The notes beneath the pieces are model-generated. The model saw nothing but the letters and a program-made list of their open reading frames with translations, was not told the origin of the DNA and searched no databases. This document shows positions 40,105 through 51,000 of a DNA stretch of 64,000 nt, piece after piece. The first letter of the stretch is position 1, and every line of letters begins with the position of its first letter. The translations under genes were made by a program, and so were the position numbers. The DNA is taken from NCBI GenBank assembly GCA_032718475.1, contig JAUCBJ010006988.1, positions 62,001 through 126,000 of the forward strand. The letters are read 5' to 3'. The stretch is from Nemertoderma westbladi. Taxonomy: Eukaryota; Animalia; Xenacoelomorpha.

Positions 40105-40930
40105 GCCCTTAGCGGTCCCTGGCTAACAGCAGTTATTACGAGCCTGAATAAGGACTCGGAAAGTCTGCGGCTTGTGTCAGGGATTTGCGACGGGAACCGA
40201 CAGACAGATCCTTAGCGGTCCCTGGTCGCCGGCAGTTAGTACGAGCCTGAATAAGCACTCAGAAAGCCTGCCGACATACGCCAGGGACTTGCGACGGGTC
40301 GACCGACTAACGGAGGAAGGGTTCGACGAGGACTGCCTTCCTGGAGTGGGTTCCACAACTGGCGTTAGTACGAGCCTGAATAAGGACTCGGAAAACTACC
40401 AACCGTTGGGGCTCACGACGGGCTGACAGACCCCTTGCCAAGCCGTACCGCTTTCCTGATGACCGATCCCCTTGGGGTTCGGGAAGGGTGGGACGGACAC
40501 GCAACGGGGTCGAAAGACAAAGGACCGGACTCTACTGGCCTACCGACTGTTCGGAGCAGCTTCTCGGCTGCCGAAGCGATTACGAGCCTGAATAAGGAGT
40601 CGGAAAGCCTAGGTGGTTGGGTCCCTGCGATGAACCGACGGACCCCTAGCCAAGCCGTACCGCTTTCCTGATGACCGATCCCTTCGGGGTTCGGGAAGGG
40701 TGGGACGGACACACAAATGGGTCCACCGACACGACAGACCCCTAGCCAAGCCGTACCGCTTTCCTGATGACCGATCCCTTCGGGGTTCGGGAAGGGTGGG
40801 ATGGACACGCAACAGGGTCTACCGACTGGACCGACCCTTAGCCAAGCCGTACCGCTTTCCTGATGACCGATCCCTTCGGGGTTCGGGAAGGGTGGGACGG
40901 ACACGCAACAGGGTCGACCGACACCGACAC
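40105..40930 (+). repeat. GC-rich array of two hairpin unit types (4 + 4 copies) in the Bel/Pao leader
   Basis: Type A core TACGAGCCTGAATAAGGACTCGGAAA near 40137, 40240, 40370, 40581; type B core CCGTACCGCTTTCCTGATGACCGATCCCTTCGGGGTTCGGGAAGGGTGGGACGG near 40443, 40655, 40751, 40847. Confidence 0.9.
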
Positions 40931-41503
40931 TACGGTACCGAGACTAGGACCGAGGGAAAATTGGGGAACATTAGTTAGGTTAAAATCTGAGCGAACAGTG
41001 AGTAATTAAATAATGTACTGTAGGGATTTATATTGTCGTGTTATATTATTGTGAATATTTGGTGTATTATATTGGTTTGTGGAAGCCCAACTTATTCTCA
41101 ATCAGGATTCAACTACAGTAAAGGTTTCATTGTTTGGTGTTCAAGATTCAGTGAGATTAGATTCAACCGTAGGGAAGTTATATTAAAGATTATATCCAAC
41201 CAATGAAACTTTTCTCAACTGCAATCTTGCATTCAAGAAAGTATTTCTTCTCCACTACCAATATCCGGTGACTGGCCGGGATTCCGTGGTCTGAAAAGTT
41301 CCACCTCAAGCATCGGCGTTTTCCCCCATGGTGTCAGGAATAACGGCAACACTTTGTGTCAGCCATGATTTATTTTACAGTTGAATGCCTACTACTATAA
41401 CAACAGTTAAAGCAAGTCTAGTAATTCAGTATCAACTGTAAGCCTAGTGATTAATTACCGATACTGTTACTCAGTGTAACGTGATATATATTAATATATT
41501 AAA

Positions 41504-41750
41504 ATACCAGTATACTTATAGTATATATATAAGTATTATTACAGACTAGGATTAGTCACAGAATACCAGTATATAATTTCAGACTAAATTTATATAAATA
41601 AATATAATAAGCCTACCGTAAATACAGGTATACACCTATAGTATATATAAGTACTATTATAGACTAGGATTAGTCTCAGAATACCGGTATATAATTTCAG
41701 CCTAAATTTATATAAATATATAAAATAAGCTTACTGTAAATACTGGTAAT
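41504..41750. repeat. Tandem duplication of about 120 bp in the Bel/Pao leader
   Basis: Two copies containing GACTAGGATTAGTC and AATACC(A/G)GTATATAATTTCAG. Confidence 0.8.
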
Positions 41751-43201
41751 GTCAATTATTTGATAATAACTGAATTTCTTGATTTTAGGGTTCCTTCCCT
41801 TTACTTTATTACTGTTATTAAGCAGTAGTCCAACTGATATTAAGACCTAATTGATGTATAACAGGCCTACTATTTTATAAATCTGTTTGAGTTGATTTAT
41901 AATATATATATATACCCGTACAATGGGTTTTGACAATGTTTGAAATAAATGTTATTATTTCTGGGTAAGGAGTCACTACACAGATAATTCTACTTTACTA
42001 AGTTACTTATCACTACAAATTACTTTACAATTACAGTTTGAGATTACAATCTCTAAATAAACACTAAAAAGTTACACATACAATTTTTAGGGTAATTTTA
42101 TAAGAAATCTACAAACCAGTCTAAAAAGGAGTTAGAATTTCTGGTTCTTACAAACTGACAGGAACTATGGTATTTGAAAACAATAAAGCAGTAGTAAGTA
42201 AGTTGCGTTGTCCAGATAAGGAAATACCACCGTCTGACGACTTATAGTCTTAGCTCTATAAGTACTACGTTATGTACCCGGAGTGTCCTTACCTAGAAGT
42301 TAATTACCGAAGCCAACCAGAGCCAACGTGCCTATTAACCACGTTACAACACAAATATACTGCCTACACACCAAATTACTTTCGGAAAGCACTGTACGCT
42401 AAACCCTAAATTGGGTACAAGTACTTATACAACAAATAATCAGCAGTTAAATATACTTAAACAGCCAAAAGAAGCACGGTAACTGCTGGAGTGACCGGAG
42501 CACAAAATCACCAGTCTTTACCTACACCAAGCAGCCCTGATGTAGTACCGGGGTTAATTTAACTATAACGGTATGTATAACAAGCACAATTACTGTAGGA
42601 ATAAACTTGGGGAGTTGTAGGTTGCGAATACTCGCATAGACTCTGAATAATAAATATTACGCTACCCGTGCAGACTATTTAAATAAAATACAGACCAAAT
42701 GCTGGCAGACTACCGTCAAGCCTAAATAAACTACAGTATATGCAGACTCCGAAATGGTTAGTTAGTAGGCGTTCTAACCGAGTAGTACGACTTATTCTTT
42801 CGGGGGGGATTTACCTTACAACAGTGGATGCCCCCACCTTCCTAACTAGCACTTTATCGGACAGACACTCTACACACACTGTAATCGCTTCAGACCTAAC
42901 AACAGTTAGACAACAATTCGGCCTACAAATTATTTATACAATCTGAGCAGGCTTACACGCCTTCTGCTCAATATTACACTTACAGATAAATAAAACTGAC
43001 AGAAATAAGTAAAATCCCAATAAAAAACCAGGGCTGCAGTCCCTGATTAAATATCAAGACCTACTGGTATATAATTATCACAATCGAATAATACTGCTGT
43101 ACCTGTAAGTACCAGTTCGGGTAGTTGGGCAGTTAGGCCTACAGCTTACCGTCCGACCGGTACATTCGACTTTATTGCCTACTGTGCAATAAAGAATTTA
43201 A

Positions 43202-43213
43202 TAAATCTATTAT
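43202..43213 (-). promoter_or_regulatory. Putative self-priming primer-binding site
   Basis: Minus-strand ATAATAGATTTA directly abuts the LTR end and is the exact complement of LTR-internal 43979-43990; no TGG-type tRNA PBS nearby. Confidence 0.65.
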
Positions 43214-44349
43214 TGTTCGCGCTTTTAGACCTTTAGCAGTTTAACCTGCCAATTTTAGTTGTCCTCTTGTTTATAAATCGACTTTAGCCTATATCAATTA
43301 TTTAATGTACTGAAGTTACATCAGCCAAAGCCAGTCTGTGCGCGATCATTCACCCACAGTTAAGGGAGACTGGATTCGGGTGCTTTGAAAGTTATTGCAA
43401 TGTAGACCTACTGTATTATTCGATTGATCGTTACTATATAATCTCTGACAATATATTTACTTTCGGGGAAATATTAACAGTTCCTTTAGGACGTGGCGCT
43501 TTAAGTATAAAAAGAGAGTTATGACTTATACTAATCACAACGAGATGGCCACAGAGTTTCGTAAATAGAGCATTCTTTAGGAGATGCTTTATTATCTTTC
43601 ACACTACCTCACACGACTTCACACTACTGCGCACTAATCTGCCGACCGTCACTGAATTTGATCATATATAAGGAGGATTGCAACTGACACATGTAGGGAT
43701 TATGAAATAGCATTTAATTCACACAAAAACCACTATAATGTAAGTCGCAATTGCTACCGGTAACCTGTTCCTCTTACCTTCAGTAATCAAGAAGATTGGG
43801 GGTTTTATGATTATTTATCGGTATTCTCCAAATATATCAGCAATATACATCAATATAACAACAATTAATAACAGGCCGTAAACAGAAGTAAAATAATGCG
43901 GTGAACAGTCAGCATGTCGATGATCCAGGTGGTTGAGTTAATGTTTCAGGCAGTTGGTGGCAAGATTGTAGGTGTCGGATAATAGATTTACATTCTTATA
44001 ATCAAAGCCATCAGATGTTTAGGCCAAAGTCTGAAACTTCCAAAAAAGAAGTACAGAAGATTCCAAGCCGGTTTTGAGGCTCAGAAAGGTAAACAAAGAC
44101 CGTAATGCATTGTGCGGGTTTCCATAGGCCCCTGTCTAACATAAAGTGAAAATCGCTCTGATTGGCTGAATAGGCAGAACAAAGAGGTTCCACGTCTACA
44201 GGAAATCAGTTGACAGATTTCGTCATCTGAGCTCCAATCTTTTAGAGTATTATGCGCATTGCGGCAAAAATGACTTGTTATGTCCGCAAAAGCACCTACA
44301 CTGCGCATTGCGGGAAAAATGACTTGTTATGTCCGCAAAAGCTTTTACA
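43214..44349 (-). repeat. 5' LTR of Bel/Pao copy 1 (1136 bp)
   Basis: Boundary confirmed by three different flanks; minus-strand CCAAT near 44161-44165 and AATAAA at 43588-43593 are present in all three LTRs; about 49-bp tandem duplication at the U3 end. Confidence 0.95.
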
Positions 44350-45259
44350 GGGCGATAAAGGACCATTTGAGGGGCGATAAGTTCCCAGGGGGCGATAAGG
44401 TCCAGGGGCGATAAAGGTGCAAGGGGCGAGATAAGGTCCTACAATCCCTATTTCTCAGCTGTTTCTCCACGAAATCCAGATATTGTTACATATTTGGAAT
44501 CCTCCTAACGCTTTCTTTCTATTGATATGAAAAAAATACGACTAATGTGAAGAATGACAATGATACGGATGGTGCGATTTCGCAAAAGACACTTTTTTAA
44601 AACGCTTATATTAGTGCTGAAATCAAAAACAGAAGTTATTGAAATCAATTGTCAATCGGGAACTGAAATTGTTTTCATATATTTTTGCAACATTTGATGA
44701 GACGGGGGGGGGGGGGGGGACTTGACGCAAATGCCATCTCGTCTTATTAATATCCTCAACTCTATGTTATAACTAAGACAACGGATCAGATTACATTGGT
44801 ACTTATTCTAACCAAAACAATAAACTAAAGTCAATAGAACAGGTTACAGTTTTATTTTTCGGAGTTGGCCGTTGCTCTGGAAACTAAACTGCCTACTACT
44901 GTTTGTACAGTAGGTATGCAAAGTTCAGTCAATATAAACCATTGGACTAAAGTTTGTCTGGCCAAATTTGTGGATAACCCAAGTAACCCCACCAAGTTAC
45001 CTTTGTGCTGTTGCCAAGTAACCGATATATCCATGTTGTTAGGGAAAAAAATAATTTGAAAGCGGAATAAGGGATCCTTTTTGGGGGGTATAATATAAGC
45101 AAAATAATGTAGAATAGAGATAATTGGTTAGATTTGGATTACCATCTCTTTTTGAGTAGATTGAGTGGACTATTACAGTACTGTATTAAGACCTACCGAC
45201 TGATGCTGATACGGTTACAGCTCCAGGGTTAGTGGTAGTGTTAGGTGTCTCAGTGTATA

Positions 45260-46201
45260 CACCATGACCCGTAATACAGTAGTGTCATTTTCTGATGACA
45301 CGGACCACCCCCCCCCACCCCCCCCCCCCCCCCCCACCCCCAAATTTTTCTACAAATCTTTATCAAATTGTTTGAAATTGGAAACACAACTAGTTCAACA
45401 CCGTGGTTGTTCATGAAGCCGGAATTTTCGATTTCGCCTTTAAATTTTATTTATAAGTGTTTTAAAAAAGTGTCTTTTGCGAAATTGCACCCTCTGTATC
45501 ATTGCCATTCTTCACTTTAGTTGTAATTTTTTCACATCAATAGAAAGCTTACGTTGAAAGGATTCCAAATATGTAGCAATATCTGAATTTCATTGAGAAA
45601 CAGCTGAGAAATAGGCGTTTAAAGATTTCAAGAATTATTGTTCGCTGCAAGCCATTTATTCTATTTAATAAATACACAATATTCTAGAACGTGTTATTTA
45701 TTTTATGAGTTGGTATGCAACAGCGGAATGCCTATACAATATCTATATTGCATAGCTAATCATACATAAACAAATTGTTCCAGAATATTGTGTATTTATT
45801 AAATAGAATAAATGGCCTGCGCAGTGAACAATAATTCTTGCAATCTTTGAGTGCCTATTTCTCAGTTGTTTCTCAACGAAATTCAGACATTGTTACATAT
45901 TTGGAATCCTTTCAACGCAAGCTTTCTATTGATATGAAAAAATTACGACTAAAGTGAAGAATGGCTACGATACGGAGGGTGCGATTTCGAAAAAGACACT
46001 TTTTTAAAACGCTTATGAATAAAATTTAAAAGGCGAAATCGAAAATTCCGGCTTCATGGTAACGACCACGGTGAGTGGAACTAGTTGTGTTTCAAATTCC
46101 AAGCAATACCGGTATGATAAAGATTTGTAGAAAAATTTGGGGGGGGGGGGGGGGGGGGGTCCGTGTCATGAGAAAATTACACTATATTACGGGTCATGGT
46201 G
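45260..46201. mobile_element. Intact TA-flanked fold-back MITE (Tc1/mariner-like target site)
   Basis: TA/CACCATGACCCGTAAT...ATTACGGGTCATGGTG/TA; arms inverted over about 400 bp, with poly-C and poly-G tracts. Confidence 0.88.
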
Positions 46202-46356
46202 TACAGTATAACGTTCTGGCATTAGGAATGCGAAGTGTAATAATACCATCCTCCATTCGTTCGTACACAGTACTGCAGTAACCCCTAGTACAAACAGCAT
46301 TTTATCGAATTTACTACTATCAGACAGTCAGACTACTGGACTATAATTGTAAATCC

Positions 46357-46565
46357 AATAATTTTTATTGTCCGTTTAAATCCTTTTTTGTCCTTTTTTT
46401 TTATTTTTTATGTCCTCCAAAAGTCTAATGTTAGGTTCCATGCTACCGGTTTCTCTACCGCAATAATTTTTATTGTACGTTTAAATCCTTTTTTTGTCCT
46501 TTTTTTTTATTTTTTATGTCCTCCAAAAGTCTAATGTTAGGTTCCATGCTACCGGTTTCTCTACT
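46357..46565. repeat. Tandem duplication of about 105 bp
   Basis: Two copies of CAATAATTTTTATTGT...GGTTCCATGCTACCGGTTTCTCTAC. Confidence 0.85.
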
Positions 46566-46908
46566 GCTGTTCTCTCAGGCTATCAGTACCGGTATTGGTA
46601 TATATAGCACTATTTTGCTGTCAGGCTGTATTGTATGTACAGATGTAGGTATAAAGCAGGTATTTCTGTATTTTAGTACCGGTACCGGCACCGGTACTGC
46701 TATAGGCCTGTGTAGCCTACCATTTAAATACGGTAATGGTAGGCCTACCGGTTGTGTTAATAAATTTTAAATAATTGATAGGCCAAACTGGATTGCAGGA
46801 TTGTGGAAAATGTGGATATACCTTTCACATAATTTAGGCCTATTACCTGATTACTGTATTAGTTTTATAATCAATAATGGATCATGACTACTGTCTGAGT
46901 GTTGTCTT

Positions 46909-47525
46909 AACCTGCTCCTTTCCCTCAATTAGTTAAGTGATCGTTTATTGTTTTGGTTAGAAAATCCCGCCTCTGTAACCTGCTCCTTTCCCTCAATTGG
47001 TAATGTTATCGTTTATTGTTTTGGTTAGAAAATCCCGCCTCTGTAACCTGCTCCTTTCTCTCAATTGGTAATGTTATCGTTTATTGTTTTGGTTAGAAAA
47101 TCCCGTCTCTGTAACCTGCTCCTTTCCCTCAATTAGTTAAATGATCGTTTATTGTTTTGGTTAGAAATTCCCGCCTCTGTAACCTGCCCCTTTCCCTCAA
47201 TTAGTTAAATGATCGTTTATTGTTTTGGTTAGAAAATTCCGCCTCTGTAACCTGTCCCTTCCCCTCAATTAGTTAAATGATCGTTTATTGTTTTGGTTAG
47301 AAAATCCCGCCTCTGTAACCTGCTCCTTTCCCTCAATAAGTTAAGTGATCGTTTATTGTTTTGGTTAGAAAATCCCGCCTCTGTAACCTGCTCCTTTCCC
47401 TCAATTTGTTAAGTGATCGTTTATTGTTTTGGTTAGAAAATCCCGTCTCTGTAACCTGCTCCTTTCCCTGATTTGGTAAAGTGACTGTTTATTGTTTATT
47501 GTCGGCCTTAACCTGCTCCTTTCCA
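46909..47525. repeat. Tandem repeat, 68-bp unit, about 9 copies
   Basis: AACCTGCTCCTTTCCCTCAATTAGTTAAGTGATCGTTTATTGTTTTGGTTAGAAAATCCCGCCTCTGT recurs every 68 bp. Confidence 0.95.
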
Positions 47526-48006
47526 TCAATTGGTAATTGTTTTTGGCTATAAAATGAGTGTTTTGCTACGTCATGTGGTAATCGATTATCGACAACAACC
47601 ACAAACTATTAAATATAGAGTCTTTTTACCACAGGCGCATATGGAAATCTATCTCATAGTCTATAAATCATGGAATCATGGAATGTTTTGGCACAGGCAT
47701 AGTGAAATCAACTATCTGACAGTCCAGAAATCAGCCATCTGACAGTTTGAAGAAATACATACATAAAAAGTCATTAAAAGGACAACAAAAGTCATTATGC
47801 ATAATTCGTAAAAAAAAAGGACAAAAAAAGTCAAATAAAAGGACATAAAAAATCACTGCCATTGTAAATAGTTACAGTTCAGCTGTTCAGTGGTTAACAC
47901 TGACAGACTGATAACTTAACCAACTGACCAATACAGGTAATAAATACTACACTGCTAGGTACACCCTCAGACTCTTACTCTTCGACTCTCAACTATCAGT
48001 ACCGGT

Positions 48007-51000
48007 ATGTCTTCCGACATTGTATCTACGTTTAACATAGGCGGATTCTACGATAACATTGACATCGAACAAGACGCAAATACAGCGCTGCTTGAGCTGG
48101 ATAAGGGGTTGCGTTCGACCCCCAACGAGCAATGCGAGGCTATAGTCCGCTTCCCGAAACTCTTCGAGAAATTTCCGTTCCCCATCGTTATCAACTCGGC
48201 TTTCCTCAAATTGGCCGAGGTTTTCCGCTCCGGTACCAACTTCCAACGGCAGTGCATCCTCGATGTTGTAGACCAGAGCGGGAAACACCTCGATAAGGTC
48301 ATCAACGTGGACGATTTCCTTCGCCGGACCACCTCAGTGTTGCATAGCAACGACCCTATAGCGAGGTCATTGACGCTGCGTGTTGTGGCCTCGGTGGCCA
48401 GTATAGTCGGCGACAGACATTCAGTGAGACATTCTGTCAGTCTCTCTCTGGGTTCTCATGACTCCGTCGAGGTGCGTACAGTGGAGGATCTAATGGGGCT
48501 GGTGCGATGGGGCCCTCGTGTCTCCATCGCGATTATGGCATGGGTGCAAAAGCAAAGGGCGAGAATTTCAGAAATACAAAAGGGGGCGGGGCGTTAATGC
48601 TGTAATGGCGCAAAAGGACCGCAAATTCCAACTTTATGTTTAGATTGTTTACAAAGTTAAATTAAATTAAACTATTAAGGAACTGAGCAGTTGTTACGGA
48701 GACGGTATTTTCTAACCAAACAATCAACGAAAGTTTATTGGCTTGTGGTCAATTTGGGCTGGCGATTACTTTTTGTAGTTGTGGTTAATTTGCGCCTATA
48801 TCTGAAATGGACCTACCCCCTACCGATACCTTTTCTCTTCAAATGCCCCTTAATAAAATTACAATATGCAATGCAAAATATGATGAATTTTTTATCAATT
48901 AATAGTAAAATTTGTAACCAAAAATGTCCATTGAGTTAGGCTTTTAGGCTTTCAACAACTAGCCAAGCATACATAGATACCATTGTGACTATTTAGTTAA
49001 TAGTTTGTTAAATTTTAGCAAAATAACTGGCTCACACTAAATAATACTCATAGACAGGGGCGCATTTTTTTTTGGGGGGGGGGGGGGGGGGGTTATTCAC
49101 CTAAAAATTCACCTTCGGGAACGTGGCTGCGCCCCGGCTAATTGGTAATTTTCTTTTTATTAATCTGGCTACTCTCGCTCGGGCATATCATAGTGAGAAT
49201 AATATTGCACTATTTTTACTGTGCAAGGAATAAATCATTATTGTATTTTATGTATTACTCGGAGCGTTTATTGATGCGGTTCAAAAAACCAAAACCCAAA
49301 AGTCCAAAACGGTTATTATATACAGTACTAAGACTGTGTGTTATTTTATATGTAAATAAGTGCAATATTGTCGGATAGGTAATCTAGTTAACCATTATTA
49401 TTAATTACCCCCCCCCCCCCCCCCCCCCCCCCCCCCAGGTTTCCGCCGCTATCATTGCCGCTGACTCTCTCGCCTCAGTCTCCCCCTCCTTCGCGGCCAC
49501 CGTGTGGCCCAAACTATCCGAGATGATCCTCTCCATCAGCACCCCCCTCTCGGTGAAACTCCACCTGATCCCGGTCCTCAGACACCTCCACACCGACCCC
49601 CAAACCGCCACACAAGTCTCCACCTTCTCCGACCGTCTGCTCTCCGACTTCCCCGTCCAGGATATGACCCGCGTGGTTCTACAAACCCTCACCCAACTAT
49701 CCCTGTCCCACGTTCTCCTCATCCCCTCCCATCTCACCCGACTCTTCCACCATCTCAACTTCGACGTACGCCTCAGTATTAAGTCCTTCTGCATCCAACA
49801 ACTACTCGCTCTCGCATCCGATGCCCCCAACCTCTGGACTCGTATAAACATTGACTCTTTATTCACCTTTATCTCTCTCCCTTCCGTCGCTCCCCAACTT
49901 CTCTACCTGTCTTTCCGTCTCGTCAACGTGCTCGCTATCTCTGTCAGCGGCGGTTTTATCGACACGAACGCTGTCTACAACGAAGTGCCGCTAATCTCTC
50001 TATTCCGACTTCACGTCTTCCATTGGCACATTCTAGTTGGCGTCACCGCTCTACAAGGTGAGTTATACAAACGAAAAGTGAAATCCTGGTATTCTTCACA
50101 TGGGCGCCAAATCTAAGCATTTGTCCCAATCCCAAATCAATTTACCACCTAGAGGTAGACTGGGTAACTGCAATCGATTTAAGCCCTCGGAATGCAGCAC
50201 CACCTAGAGGCAGACTGGGTAACTGCAATCGATTTAAGCCCTCGGAATGCAGCACCACCTAGAGGCAGACTGGGTAACTGCAATCGATTTAAGCCCTCAT
50301 AAAAACTCAGGAGGTTTAGAATATATTTGCCAGGTATCAATCAGGAAGAAAAGATTATATAAACGAATTCGCGGAAGGTTCTCCTTTTAGACATTTCTAA
50401 AATGATTTCATTTCAGCCCACTAGCGGTAGACTGGAGAACTGCTGTCCAAATAAAGACGCAGCCTATGGATGGTCTACGGTCTAGCATCTATATCTGCCA
50501 AGTTTCAGCTTAAATGGATAACAAACAACAAAATGAGAGAACGTTTTCACTTTCAGATATTTCGGCCTCGAGTGGCAAACTGTAGATGGCGTACCGTCCT
50601 ACAAAGAGGTGGTCAGTTTTCTAGTTAATATCTACCGAGTTTCAGTTGAACGGATCATAAATAACGGTATGGGTCAAGGATTTCACTATCCATCTAGCGG
50701 CAGACTAGAGAAGTGCAGACGAATTAGCCTCCTTTAAATGACACAGCTAATGGTCTAGTCTACTGTAGTGGTAGGTTTCAGCTTAAGCGGATTAAAAGCA
50801 AAAAAATGCGACGACATCTAATAAGTAGCCCCCTAGCGGGAAACTGTTGAACTAATGGTGGCGTCTGAAAGTCTCTAAAATATCTCAACTTTGGTCTTAT
50901 TGGTGCCTACAAATTTTCAACTCAACAGCTTTAGATCCGACAAAGTTATTAGCATGTCAAAATGGTAATGCAGACAGCGACAACTATTTGTCATTATTGA

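Larger units (their letters stand above)
20561..44349 (-). mobile_element. Full-length giant Bel/Pao LTR retrotransposon, copy 1, decayed, with nested inserts
   Basis: LTRs 43214-44349 (5') and 20561-21349 (3', internally deleted) read TG...CA on the minus strand; 5-bp target duplication GGGCG (20556-20560, 44350-44354); gag-PR-RT-RH-IN order with Bel-type motifs. Confidence 0.95.
19669..44446. mobile_element. Non-autonomous DNA transposon (about 1 kb when empty) with GGGGCGATAAG subterminal repeats; host of the Bel/Pao insertion
   Basis: Inverted ends AGGACCTTATCGCCCC and GGGGCGAGATAAGGTCCT; 8-bp duplication CCTATTTC (19661-19668, 44447-44454). Confidence 0.75.

Noticed and set aside
40443-40517. 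Hammerhead ribozyme suggested by CUGAUGA-stem-GAA and a downstream GUC
   Set aside because: Reads GAAG rather than GAAA, no stem III can be formed, and the flanks pair with each other; kept only as a structured repeat
46909-47525. CRISPR-like periodicity (also 58512-58955 and 40105-40930)
   Set aside because: Head-to-tail repeats without unique spacers, no cas genes, eukaryotic context
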